A DNA stretch of 61,971 bases, counting the filler, from Sphacelaria rigidula (Eukaryota): NCBI GenBank assembly GCA_964200075.2. It is 7 parts of 7 records of this genome, joined end to end, with 100 filler letters (N's around TTAATTAATTAA, not from the genome) between each part and the next. Parts side by side here need not be neighbours in the genome. Positions count along the whole stretch, not along the records: positions 17,739 to 26,506 come from CAXNAA020010156.1; positions 26,607 to 35,374 come from CAXNAA020010157.1; positions 35,475 to 44,240 come from CAXNAA020010158.1; 4 more parts are not named here. One strand, 5' to 3'. The position numbers and the translations under genes were made by a program. Positions 24,952 through 38,107 of this stretch are shown piece after piece (the first letter of the stretch is position 1; each line of letters starts with the position of its first letter). Below the pieces are notes generated by a model, which did no database searches, was not told the DNA's origin, and saw only the letters and a program-made list of their open reading frames with translations.

Positions 24952-26506
24952 TGACGCTGGAGTCTCGAGTTGTAGTGGCGCAGTTGGAGAGTGAAAGCAA
25001 TAGGCTCACGTACAGGTCGGGATGCGGGCGCGAACGTACGGTTCAGGGCGGGGTCGAGATTCTGTCATGTAGCATGATGCGGTGTTGCGATGGTGTGTAT
25101 GGCGGGGCCGTACGAAGCGATCTCGGGGATGGATGCCAACGATTTCCCTTTCGACAGAGACATTGCCGCCTCATATATGCTCGAACCGGATTGGAAAGCT
25201 CGACGGATATTTGCAGTACGGTTAAGTCGTGTAATAAACCATTCACGTTGTGCATCGGCCGTCGATTCTGTTACGGCGGATATCGACTGTATGTGTAGTA
25301 GGCGTTTTGCAGTACGCGTGGCAAGTGCAGTAGGTCTTATTCCATTCGTATGTTGGTGTTGTATTCCAATCGGGCGTCCTTGACCGGAGCCCACCGCCCT
25401 CAGAACTTCCATCACCAAGCAACTCTCGTCTAGCTACCTAGCTATGACTAATTACTAACAGAGCTATCAGCCACCACTTGGAGACATCTCGCGTGCAAGT
25501 AAGTCAAGAGCACCTCTTCTGCACGTGAATGTGAGTCCCTGCTTGGCCTTGCGATGCAGTGCTTGTCAGACTCGATGGTCTGTTACTCACGAGCTCAAGG
25601 GTCATTCCTCTCGACTGCGATTGTTCGATGTGGCCAGCCGCTGACCTCGTGTCACCCCGGGCCGGGTGTGTTCTTTGAGAGTGACGCCAGTATCACCTCG
25701 TGATCAAACCACGACATGGTGACCAATCGAGAATGTAAGCAGTACTGCATAGTTGCATCGCTGTAGAGCTGCACTATTTCGCGTTGTGTTTGCATACGGT
25801 GTACAGTAGTGCTCAATCGTGCTTTCTGTTCAGCGTGGGGTCTTCTGAGTAACGATCACGTGTTTAGGTGCCAGAATCTTACATGCCTGTTGGTTACTCG
25901 AAGAGACCATCAGCTGGGCAGAACGGAGCTGGGACACCTGGCTGCAGCGTATGCTTGCCACCTTCCTTCCTAACACGACAGCACAGGTACGTCCTGTGAT
26001 TCATCATTTCACTGTCACCTTCCGTGCTTACACGACAGCATAGGTACGTCCTGTGATTCATCATTTCACGTGCGCCTGCTTCCGTGTACGAGGACTGTTT
26101 TTTCACAATTTCAAAATTGAAAATTCAAAAAGTCCAGGTCGGGATCTTACATTACCGCACGTTCGATCAATGTGTCCCATACAGTACCCACAGCGGGCAC
26201 GCTGTGTACGAAGTGCTCCGTAGGCAGGAGGTAAGTGCTTTTGATCCGCTCCTAGAGAGTGAAGTGTCCCGAGACTGAAACGAACATGCGTGCGCAAAGT
26301 ACACATGGGCGGCGGTTGTTGGGGCTGTGCACCTGAAGGGATTGCGAGACGGTAACCCACGTTCATCATTCAGGTGTAGTGTGACAGAAAACAGCTCCTG
26401 TTAGATCTGGTGCCCAGGTACCTACCATGTTGGCCAGGTACGTGTTAGCATGGTGTTTGCACCATATTAGCCAGGTACGTGATCGCATGGTGTTTGCACT
26501 GTACTG

Positions 26507-26606
26507 NNNNNNNNNNNNNNNNNNNNNNNNNNNNNNNNNNNNNNNNNNNNTTAATTAATTAANNNNNNNNNNNNNNNNNNNNNNNNNNNNNNNNNNNNNN
26601 NNNNNN
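26507..26606. other. Artificial 100-nt contig spacer
   Basis: N44-TTAATTAATTAA-N44. Confidence 0.98.
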
Positions 26607-27627
26607 GCGGACCCTCCCGGGGTTTGAGGTTTTTTTTCAAAGTTTTTTCCAGGCCGCCCCCAAAACCTAAAGAAGAGTTTTCCGGGGGGGGGGGGGAATG
26701 CTGGAGGTATCTCAAACTCGGGGTTCCCGGCATGTTTGACGGCAAATTACTGTGAATCATAACGCGAACCTCGAGTTTGAGATAGCCCCCTGCTGATTAT
26801 ATACATGAAAGCCACACGTCATTAGTTTAGGTCGGGAAACCATTGTTCTGAAGTTGATCCTAATTTTAATGTTCAACCCCATTTCAGGATCCTCCGTCAA
26901 GAGTGGTCTCTGGGCGGTGACGTGTGGTAGAACACCTCACACACTTTCCGGGGGATAACACCCCCCCCGTTCAGCATCCCCAACGGTCACGCTTACTTTC
27001 TTTCGTAGTACTCACGTAATTTTCTGCTTAGATCTCCCCTTCGACGTTTTTTCCCCAGTTCCCTCCGTCTGTGTCATTTTCCATTTGCTTTGATTCAGTT
27101 ATATTGGGGGAGAGATGGGTTGATCCCTCGAGACCACGGACTCATCCCGAGAAAGGGGGGGAGTTCAAAGTGCGACGAAAAAAACAATGAGGGCGGCGAA
27201 GTGTAGCCTTTCTCAGGGCACGTCCCGCGGGCATTGAAACAAATCGGGAACGTACTTTTTTCTTCAACTCTTTTGCGGGGTTTCAAGGGTAAGCCTGAAA
27301 CACATTCGAAAAAAAAGTGAAATCACGGGATGTGTCAGCTGCGTGAAGGTGTATGTGGCATCTGAATAGGGAGGGCCTGGCTTCAACGCACGATTTCTCC
27401 GTGCCAAGGATGTAGTTTGAATCGAGCGTATCCAAAGAAAGGAAGAAACGTGGTCTATGGCCGATAAAATGTCCTCGGACAGCCCGGACACTTTTCGGAG
27501 TTTAGCACCCCTCCAACTAGCACCTCATCTTGGGGTTGAAAGTTTTTATCTGCTGATACCAATGAATTGGTTGAGGTCAGGGTCGCTTTTTGGTCTTGGT
27601 CATTTTAGTTCAAAGCCTCCACGTGTT

Positions 27628-27800
27628 TGAGACCTGTCGTGTTGATACCTGCCGCACTGCTGCCACGCGCGTTAGCCGTGGCTTACCACTAGTCAATTTA
27701 TTATGAGCCTAAATGTTTCGCCGCTCCATACTGAAATCAAATAATTCGTGCCCGCTTTGGGTCTATACTCTACCCGAATCAAAAGGATCATTTTCGGAAC
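27628..27800 (+). repeat. Dispersed repeat, 3 copies in contig 4 (also ~32776-32890 and ~34787-34990)
   Basis: Shared gagac...gttg.tacctg..gc.ctgctg.cacg.gcgt.agc.gtggcttaccacta ... tagcct.aatgt. Confidence 0.75.
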
Positions 27801-29356
27801 TGTGCTCAACGCTAAACGCTCCGACTGTTCCAGAGTCTACCAGTGCCATTTTTCAATCCACCCTCGATTTTTTCACGTGTCTTCATTTCAAGGCCTGGCA
27901 TCACTCTTGCGTGCTTGGCGAATACAAAACAGCGCAGGGAAATAGCAGTCTTCAATACCCGTAAGATGGGTTCAACGGCAGTCATAGTTTTTCGGGTGAT
28001 TTGGTGGGGGCTAACGCGGCATCACTCTTGCATGCTTGGCGAAACACAACCGCGCGAGGAAATTGGAGATCACATCGGGAGATTGCCGACGAAAGCTGTG
28101 TCATTCCAGATTCAGAAAGCGGAACAGTATCTCACGCACACCACACAGAAATGACGGGAAGTTCTAACGTTCCGTTGCCGAGGAAAAGTTTGCCGTTAAT
28201 TTCAAAGCTTTTCAGATGTCGAAAATTCAACATGCGGACACTATCCCACTCACAGTTAGAGTGATGCCATGCCCGCGACAGGCTGCACGTCTTCTTTACC
28301 GGCTTCCGGCGACGTTTTATCAACGCGTACGGAGAACCAACCCTCCGGCGAGGGACTGATATTCAGTACCTGCGCACTCAGCGCTAATCCATACACCGTG
28401 ATCGGTGTTTGTCACCAACCCGTGTTGTACTACGTTGTACTGCTGACTGTTTCGTGCGTGTCAGTGAGGCGGCAATGCACCACTATACTACAATGGTACT
28501 GTCTGCCGATCGATGTGCTTTCGCACATTACTGTGGAATCAAGACAGTCGGGGCAGGTGTTTCCACCAACGATTTGGCTCGACATATGGTGACATACATG
28601 CACGGTTGGGACGAATCAAATGGTGATTCCAAATACGTTCATCAATTCAACGAATAAACTATACGATTCGTACATCATTTGTAATTTATCAAGTTTTGAG
28701 CTCTTGAGTCGTGCAGTATCCCGTCAACGGTACCTGTTTCGTACCTTCCGTTCATACGGGGTAAACCATGGCCACGTATTCATCCCTCGTATGAAAATGT
28801 GGAATGAATCGATTGTACACGCCACCCACGCTTAATTTCATTAGGCGTGAATGGCATGTACGTATTTACCATACGTGATTCGTGCAGGACGAAGAGTCGG
28901 CGCAAGGTTGAATCCTATCATTTCATTGGCCTTGAATCAGGCATACTTTTTCCTCATCTGTAATGCGGTTGAGATGACTCCCCTGCATATGTTATTCACC
29001 CTCGGGTTCATGCGGGACCAACAGTTGACATATGGTTGAATCTTGTCATTTCATAGGGAGTCAACTCGTATGAACTCTGATTCGTCCTAATCGTGATATA
29101 TGCGACACGAGACACGAGGGCTCACCGTACTGCCTTGCTCCATACCCTCGCAACACGCTCCCGGACGTCGCAATTTCTTTTTCGGCAAACGATGGTGTTC
29201 ACTAAACACCGAGGTTTGATTTCACGGCTTCCCGAGTCATAAATTCCACGCTGGCTCTGTTGTGCGTGGTGCATTGAAAAAGTGAGTGGTGTTCGTTGGA
29301 CCCTATGCACCAATGTGCAGTGGAACTGGTTGTACTTTGCCATCAGGTTCTCCAAA

Positions 29357-29640
29357 CCCTTAGACCGCGAGAGTAAGTCACCTGCTGAATCGGCATCAAT
29401 ATTCACTTAACAAAATTACGCGTGATCCAGATGAACTATGCGCACCGCGGTCTAGGGGTTAATCTGCCTACACCTTTTAAGTGAAAACTGATGGCGATAC
29501 AGCAGGTGACCTACCCTCCTCGCGGTCCAAGGGTTAATCCTTAGACCGCGATGCTGTTAATTCACCTGGATTACGCATACTTATTTTCAAGTGAAAGTGA
29601 TGCCGATTCCACTGGTGACCTACCCTCGCGGTGGAAGGAT
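29357..29640. mobile_element. Cluster of three ~100-bp piggyBac-type MITEs separated by TTAA
   Basis: Termini ccct(t)agaccgcg ... cgcggtc(t/c)a(g/a)ggg, with TTAA at 29459-29462 and 29534-29537. Confidence 0.65.
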
Positions 29641-30382
29641 CATGTACATCACCGTTCTGCTGAAATCGGGACACTCCCGCATCTCCCCCGAAGTGTCTCG
29701 ATTTGGGCAGAAAACGTCAACGTCCATAGAATCGGAGACTTGATCTGGATTGCTTACAGCTAGCCGAAAAAATTACCCAACGGACTGGGGTCCGAAAAAT
29801 CAATCCACGGGAGGAATCGCCTGTAGATGGGCTGAAATCCGCATATTTGTAAAAATCGGGATTCGTTGCCATAAACGCTGCCTCACGGGTGTCTCACCAT
29901 TTGACCACCACGTAATGGGTCCTTCTTATCGAAACGGTCTTTCCTCTTCTTCGACATTGCCTTTTTAAAAGGGGGTTACTCTCGAAACGACAACGTAGCC
30001 CCCCCCCCCTCCCCCGCTCCGCCCCCCATGTAGGGGGGCACATTCTCGGAAAATGCTATGATTTTTGGGTTAGGGTTACTTAAATATTGTTGAAGAAATC
30101 CATCAAGGAACACAGACAAAAGACGAAAATTCTGACAGGCTATGCGAGGTTTGTATACTCCTGCTCCTTGCCCGCTATGTGACGATGGCCTCGGATGACG
30201 GCCACGCTCACACACATGAGTGCACTCGAGCGCACAGTATCAACAGCCAGTAGCCAAAAGAGCCACCATATCTCATGCCTTGCAAAACTTACCCGGGCTG
30301 CTGGTAGGTACTCGAGACACTCATTACGAAACCGGTGCCCTCCAAGTAGTATTTCAAGACACCTTATACCCTATGGCATTAA

Positions 30383-30481
30383 CCCTTAGACGGCGAGAGT
30401 AGGTCACCTGTTGAATCGGCATCAATTCCACTTGAAAGAGTATGCGTGCTCCAGTTGGACGACCGCATAGCGGTCCAAGGG
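30383..30481 (+). mobile_element. piggyBac-type MITE of the same family (further fragments at ~30700-30800, 33115-33420, 35480-35548)
   Basis: TTAA|cccttagac...gcggtccaaggg|TTGA, with the shared core gtaggtcacctg.tgaatcggcatcaat. Confidence 0.7.
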
Positions 30482-33400
30482 TTGAAAAAACAATGCCACT
30501 TACAAAAGGTAGAATCGGTTGCATTTCGACTTTGACTCAGAGGTATCTCAAACTTGTTGTTGTTGTCTTCACATTAAAAACCGTTCCGATATCTGCGCGG
30601 TACATTCGTACTGGGCATCTGATGCGGACGCCTCCCGTGGTCACAGGCTAGCAAAAAAAACAAAAGAGACACTCGGTTCCCGGTTTCCTGGATTGTTTTG
30701 TTGTATATTTTCAAGTCAAAGCGATGGCGATTCATCGGATGATGAGACTCTTTGACCGCGAGGTCAGGTCCTCCTTTGAATCGCCATCAATTTCACTTGA
30801 AAAAATAGTATAATCCCCAGAGCCAGCGAATAAACCAGGAAACCGGGAACCGAGTTCGAGATATCTCCATCAAGTGAGAGAGAACACTCCGATGCAGATT
30901 TGCCGGTGGCGGGTGCAGTACCGACACCACGAGTGACCGCGCCACTCATGGTGTGGAGTTACGTGTAACCCTAAGCGTAGGATTTTACTGCTGTGCTGTG
31001 TGGCGTGCGGTCTGTTGTTAACTGCTACTGCCATGTGTGGACAATGCGATGCGTATCTGCTGTAGTCGTGTATCGTCGACTTGAGAAGGTCCATAATTTG
31101 CTCCCACACGCCGCAGGCAAAAGATGGCGTTACACGACCAAAGCGCCTCATTTATTTTCGGAAATATAGCTCACCAATGCTTCTGTCTTGAAAATATTGG
31201 CTCGTGTTGTATGGTACTGTCCTTAAGACAGACCGACCACCGTCAAGCAGACAGTGGTATGTGGCAGAGGTTGTACCGTGGCGGTTAGACCACTTGCTTC
31301 TGCAACAGAAGATCGAAAAGACGAATGGTGTTTGGGGCTTTTCACTTGACCGAACAAAATTAAGCAGCCTCTTTTAAGAGCAGAGGACTGAGGAAACAGA
31401 GGAGAGTGATTGCGTTGGCGGCCGAGGTGGCTGAGTCCAAGCATCCTCAAAGCTGGAACAAAAAACAAAGTTCTCTACACGTACGTGAGATCAAATCGTG
31501 TAATGCAAGTCAACCTTGCTACTGCTGACGCGGTAGCCTTGCCAGCTCTTTAGCATAGATCAACTGGAATCTTGCACTGTTGGAAGGAATCACAATTTAT
31601 ACAAGTTGACTCCTCATAAAATGACAGGAGTCAACCAGTATGAACCGGTGGTCCCGCATGCCTCCGACCGTGGATAACATATGGAGTGCAGTTACCTCAA
31701 CCGCTTAGAGATTGGGACAAAAGTACGACTGATGATAGGCCCATGAGATGAGAGGATTCAACGATGTGCCAACTCTTCGTCCCGTACGAGTCATACGCAT
31801 GGCATAGATGTAGATGCCATTCACGCCTCATGGTGAGTGTGGGTGGCGTGTACAATCGATTAATCCCGCATTTTTCAACAGTGGATTAGATGTGCCCATG
31901 ATCAACCCCTCATGACCTGAAGATAGGAAACAGGTACCGTTGACGGTGTACTGCACGACACAAAGCTCAAAACCTGTATACATTACAAATGAATGAATCG
32001 TATGATTTATTCGTTGAAATAATGAACATGAGTTGAAGCACGATCTCATTTGTCCTAACCGTGGAATCTTGCATGCAAGATATCTTTCAGCTCATGTGGC
32101 CTAAATACTTTACCAGAGTATCCAGCTTTGACAAATTATGGCAACACACTTCTTACTGTAGTATCCTAGGTGCTCATGTGACTACACGTGTAAATACATA
32201 TATATTAGAGGTACCAATGAAACGGTACTACATGGTTCGTAGTTTTGTTGAACCGCAACAGGTTGAACTGCCTATCTTTGTTGCAACGACTTCATTTAAA
32301 CGCAATGAATATAGACTGTATCATCTAGATTTGCAAGGCAATGATGGTGTGCAACCCCAATCTGGACAAAAATGCTTCTCGATGAGACTGGAAACGGGTC
32401 GTTGTTGGGGCGATCAATTTTCAAAAATGACTTTGATCTATCGGTGTGTCGTGGCAAACGAGCGGTGGGGAGAAGAAAAGATTTGATGAGTGGTCACCTC
32501 AACGTAAGTGGTCCGGGGCACACCTTGAGAAGATACCAAGTCACCTCCGATGGGGGGGCTAGATGAGAGACGGCCCGCCATCCTACTCGGTTTGGCCCTG
32601 AATTTTTTGGGATAGCTAGGTTTTCAATGAATGTAGCGCTGTCGGGTTGGCGCTAACACAGCCAGGCCTTCTTCCTTCTTTCGTAGTGGTTACGGTCAGC
32701 CGTGGGGTTCGGAGTTCTTGTCTGCTTTTACCGATGAATTATGGTGAATTTCAGGGTAACATTTTGACAAAGTGCGAGACCTGTGCCGTTGATACCTGCA
32801 GCACTGCTGCCACGCGCGTCAGCTGTGGCTTACCACTAGTCCTCAAATATACTATTAGCCTAAATGTCTCGCCACTCCATACATAAAATCAAATGCACAG
32901 GAGGAACAACGGCTGCTTCCCGACTGCCTCTCATCTCGCGACCTACGCACCAACGCTTACCGACTCGACACACTTTATTTTCGGTTAAAAGTGGTGCTGT
33001 GGTGTTGAGTAAACACCAAACCGTCAGACCGTCCAGCAGAAGCACCGTGGGGGCGGCGGGGTCGAAATGTCTTCGCGGGCCTTTATTTCCTCAGTCATCC
33101 AGGGCGTTACTAGTTTGACCGCGAGGGTTGTCCATCTGGATCATGCATTTTTTTGACCGCGAGGGTTGTCCATCTGGATCATGTCGATTCAATAGATGGT
33201 CTACTTTCGCTGTACGAGGGTCAGCCCGTTGACCGCAAGGGTAGGTCATTTCGCCATGCGCTCATTCTTCAAGTGAAGTTGATGCTGATTCAACAGATGA
33301 CCCATGTTAACTGTCGAAGCGTTAACCCCTTGACGCGCGAGGGTAGGTTATCTGGGTCATACATTATTTTTCCAAGTGACATGGGTACCAATTCAACAAA

Positions 33401-33912
33401 TTACCTACGCTCGCCGTCAAAGCGTTATGTGAAGTGTGCATAGTCACCTCTCCCCAGCACACAGCACGCGCACCCTAACGTCACAGCTTACACGCACACA
33501 TATACAGACGGAGCACCGCTAGCGGCAAAAGCCGAGAGATCATTCAGCGGAAAGACAAAGTCCGTCGCTCCTGCTCGACGAACGGATGGAAGAGGAATAC
33601 TGACCCGAGTATCCTCCTTAAAGGGGAGGGGGGGGGGGGTACTCATTTGTTGCTTGCCTCGGTCGTTTAACCATTGACCACGCATCTCTTTCGCGACGGA
33701 GGAGGAAAAAATATCAAAAATTGAACGGCTCTTGGTATTATTTTCACATCTACTATGTGGCCGGAGCGTATTCGTTACTTCATGCGTGGTATGCTTCGAA
33801 CCCGAATGCACCCACCGGATTGTAGCCGTTTCCACGGTACGTTCTGCGCTCAGCGGAAAGAGTCGAGAAATTACCTATTTCTGCGGGATTTGAGCGTAAG
33901 TTTGACAAGCAC

Positions 33913-34433
33913 TTCAAGGGCAGGTCGAGCAGGGTATATAGCGCTCTCGGTATTTCCGATAAGCCATACACTTAGTAGCCAAGCATTTGGGTAGATAATT
34001 GAAATCGTACCCAAACTATAAAAAAAGTCGATGTAATATTTTCATCGCACCTAAGTTTTGCTGAGAGTGCTTCACCCAATATTTGGGTAAACTATTTGAG
34101 GCCGTACTCAATCTACCCAAAAATTGGGTAGAGTATTTGACGCCGTGCTCAACCTACCCAATATTTGGGTACAGTATTTGAGGCCGTACCCAACCTGCCC
34201 AAAACGCAGGTATTCCTGAAAGTGCTCACGCAATATTTAGGCGGCGTGTTCGAGGCCGTACCCAATCTATCCAAAACACGGGTAGAGTATTTGACGCCGT
34301 ACTCAAATCTACCCAAAATTTGGGTACAGTATCTGAGGCAGTACCGAACCTAGCCAAACCTTGGGTGGAGTAAATGCCCGAGTTTTCTACCGGAGTATTC
34401 AACAGTACATACCCAACCCGACCTGCCCTTGTA
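33913..34433. mobile_element. MITE-like element with ~27-bp TIRs and an internal ~42-bp tandem repeat
   Basis: caagggcaggtcgagcagggtat ... atacccaacccgacctgcccttg. aagcact occurs on both flanks (TSD-like). Internal units are gtatttga(g/c)gccgtac(c/t)caa(t/c)ctacccaaa. Confidence 0.7.
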
Positions 34434-35374
34434 AGCACTCGAAAATAAGGTTGAACGCCGGAACGTCTCTGGTGTGGAAGTATATGTGGCGTCTGAATCG
34501 GGAGGGTGTCACCTTGACGCTCGATTTCATTTCGAGGATTCAGTCTAAAATCAAGTGTATACGAAGAAAAGAAGGAAACTGGGGAATCTAGAGAAAACTG
34601 TCGTTGAACAGTGCGGACATTTTTCTGAGGCTAACACTCTCCACCTCCACTTCACGCGCCTATCGGTCAGGCTAGCCGTGGGGCTGGAAGCCCGCATTAT
34701 TTGCTTCTACTGTATACTTATACATCATGGTTCACGTCGGGGTCGTTCTTCGTTTTTCGCAGTCTCGTTCAATACCACAACGCGTGCGAGACTCGTGGCG
34801 TTGGTACCTGTGGCGCTGCTGTCACGTGCGTCAGCCGTGGCTTACCACTATTCGTCATCATCATTAAATCAAATCAAATAAATCAAATCAAATGTATTAT
34901 TAGCCTTAATGTCTTGCCGCTCTATACATGAATCAAGTAATTCGTGACCGCTTTGGGCCCATACTTTATCTAAATCAAACATGATCCTTCTCGGGACAGT
35001 AATGTACACTTCCCAACCGCAAGCACGCCGAAATATCGCCAGTGAGATCGGATGTTATGGCAAACAGATTTTTGGCCCCAAAACAGGGAAAATCGCCAAC
35101 GCACATCTTGCACATTTCGTATCACCCCACAGACAGGAGCCTAGTCTGCTTTTCAGATTTGCTTGGCTCCGAGGTCTCGAGATTGGTCGCTGGACACCAA
35201 TGTCGTGTGCAAAAATCTGTGCTTGCCGACCCCCGCCAGTTTGCCCAATAATCTGTGAAAATCGCCGTAGATATCATTGCACACGGATTATTGTTCAGCG
35301 GCCGCTCTCGAAACCTTGGAGCCAAGCGAATGTGAAAAGTGGGCTGGGCTCCTCTCTGTGGGGTGATGCAAAGT

Positions 35375-35474
35375 NNNNNNNNNNNNNNNNNNNNNNNNNN
35401 NNNNNNNNNNNNNNNNNNTTAATTAATTAANNNNNNNNNNNNNNNNNNNNNNNNNNNNNNNNNNNNNNNNNNNN
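35375..35474. other. Artificial 100-nt contig spacer
   Basis: N44-TTAATTAATTAA-N44. Confidence 0.98.
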
Positions 35475-37755
35475 TGTGGACCACGCGTGTACTTTTCACG
35501 AGTGAATATTGATGCCGATTCAGCAGGTGACCTACTCTCGCGGTCTGACGGTCAGTCCTCCTGCGGAGTTTGGGGGGGGAAGATACTTTCGCTTTGTGTT
35601 ACTCTTTTGTATCTTCCCTGCAATAGAGAAATGCGACCTCAGCCCCGTTTTAGTGTTGAACCCCAAAATTTCGAAATCGGCTGTTAAGTGGTTATTTGTA
35701 GAGCACTTCAACTTGATGGGGGATCCATGCATTAGATCTCCTAATTTGGAGTAAAAGCGCAGCAATTTGACTACTGCTTTGGGCGCGCCTAACCCCCCCA
35801 AAAGAGCAAAAAACGTATCACCGACCAAAAGCACGAACAGGCCGCAGATCTTGTTCATCCCCTGAATATGCACGCCGTAAAATCATCCAAAGCACTTCCG
35901 TTTTGAGTGGGGGTTCCATTTCACAGTTTTGAAGTTTTCTCGTCCCGGAGTACGAACCACGGCGTGGCTTGGCTACTCACCGGCGTGTATTTGTGTCAGC
36001 TACGATGTTGGTGCGCAGTTTAGCGAAAGAAGTTATGGTGATCGAGGAAAACCTCTATATTTTTTCACTTTATTCGTTATAAAACTCGGATGCTGGTGAA
36101 TAAAAAATTCCAAGGACAAAAGTTGCAGCCGTGGTTTTGGCGCAGGTGATGCAAATATTTGTTTTCCAATCGATAATCTTCGTCAGGAGTATTTTCTGAG
36201 ACAGATTGGGCTATCAGCCCCAAACAAGCGCCTCCAACACTCGCCAGTTTCCACGACATGCGAAAACCTCACCCCTGTCCAAGGGCCTCAGAGTAGATTA
36301 TACCCATGAATGACTCTTGATAGCGCAGATGGTTGATACACCGCATGTGTGGAATGTTCGACAAGTGTAGAATTTGAACGTCCTACCCAACCCCTAGAGG
36401 CTTCCGTGTTTGCGGATATTTACCCCCATCTTTGCATTGCTTGTGATGGTGCCAACAGTCGCGCTCGTTCTCCTGCCCCCGGTGCCATCACCACGCCACC
36501 ATCCATAGCGTAGATTAGATGGCGGCAAGTGTGGACAAACTCTGAACTGAAAGAGAAAAGAAAGCCGCAGAGCAAGCTGGCGTTCAAGAAGAGAGAGCAG
36601 TATCCACAATGGCAACACACTCCAACAGCCGTTATAGACATGATCATGAGTCGCACGAACGAAAGCAAAAACCATCTTTGCGACCTTGCAGCAGCGAAGC
36701 GAACAAATTGTAAAACCGAACCTAACCCTAACCACAACAAGGGCATACCGAGAATCCTCGGGCAAGACGGGTGCAACGTGTTCCCTAGGCGAAGTGTGCA
36801 TTGCCAGATCTCAAATCGGTGCCCCAGGCCCCGATTCAGACAAAATCGCGTTGTGGGCATACTAGGAGCTCAGCTCCCATGAAAAGATCCGGATTTCCGT
36901 ATTCACACTCAAATCAAGATGGACCAACTTGTCCTCCCGAACGGTCAACTATACTGCGTCAAGACGACGCAAGAGACAGCATAAAGTCGTCGGCCCACTT
37001 TTGCCGAAGGCACGTGGCACCGAAGCCTCATTCATGTCTTTCGGTGCACCAAACCGTTTTAAGACACGCGTCCGTTGTATCGGCAGTGGTGGGTGACGGC
37101 CGACGGTTTGTTTTCATTCCCTCTCGGAACACGATATCTTGGGAGTCCGATGAAAATCATGCATATTCATGAAATGAAAAGGCATACCCACGGAACAACA
37201 AATACACTTGCACAGGGCGAGTCATTCATCCGCTAAAATTGTAGAGCGATGGCATCCGACAAATCAAACTCCTCAAAACATGACGAGGAAGCTGACCAAC
37301 ATCCGCCCAGCCTACATGACACACCCGGTGTAAGGGCCGTCCTCGTTGAAGCTCGTCAGTACTTATGGTTCTGTTGCATATTGAGCATATGAGTTTGCCC
37401 CAACTTTCGATCCGCGTTCCATAAAATAAGTGGTCCAGCGTTCCGGTGTCAGTTTCTGTACCAGCGCTGGGCTACAAATGTTCATGGTTGATATTACTTG
37501 GTTTGAGTGTGTACAACGAGAATCGGAATTCAAGTAGGACTGACAGTCCCGTGGGCTTTTCGTTTGAGCAGAACGTGTTTTCGTTAAAATCGGCGCCACA
37601 GGCGCAGATTTGGGGTCCACCAAGGCCTCACTTTGTTTATAGAATGTATGTACCGTCCTTGCCCGAGAGTTCTCGGTGTGCGTTGGGTTGGGTCAACCCA
37701 ACTAGCCTCCTGGCATTCCGGCGTATCGCAAGTGCGGACGAAAAGCGACGCAGAG

Positions 37756-38107
37756 TGTGTTGTGTGTTGTCGTCCCATTTATTCTGGGCGCCAGTCTACC
37801 CCTTTCGGGATATGTGGGCGCATCAGCCGGGGTCCCACAGGAGGAAGGTCAACACAGGAGCTTTTCATTTTTTTATTTATGTTTAGCACCCCACCTTCCT
37901 TCTGCGGTGCTTGCCTTTTATTTGTTATCGCGAGAGGGGTTCAGCAGTCCTTTTCCCTCGTCGACCGTTAGGTCGAATTTTGTGCACCCACGACATAGTC
38001 GCTCTCCACTGTTGAGCATGGTATAAAAGAAATCCCAGATCGGTCCGGGAATCGAACCCCACAACTCGACTATAAGAACGTTACGAGGTTACCAACTGAG
38101 CCACCGG
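37756..38107 (-). mobile_element. tRNA-derived SINE
   Basis: The minus strand begins ccggTGGCTCAGTTGGtaacc...gGGTTCGATTCCcgg (Pol III A and B boxes), followed by a ~250-nt body and a (ca/caa)-rich tail. There is no complete cloverleaf. A degenerate similar head lies at ~54390-54470. Confidence 0.7.

Larger units (their letters stand above)
28601..32063. mobile_element. ~3.5-kb element with ~480-bp imperfect terminal inverted repeats (CACGG...CCGTG ends), no transposase seen
   Basis: 28601-29085 is the reverse complement of ~31590-32063 (cgtcaacggtacctgtttc / gaaacaggtaccgttgacg; aatcgattgtacacgccacccac / gtgggtggcgtgtacaatcgatt; aggcgtgaatggcat / atgccattcacgcct). Confidence 0.85.

Noticed and set aside
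38030-38107. Functional tRNA gene
   Set aside because: A and B boxes are present, but there is no convincing acceptor or anticodon stem, and it continues into a repeat body and tail. Called a SINE.
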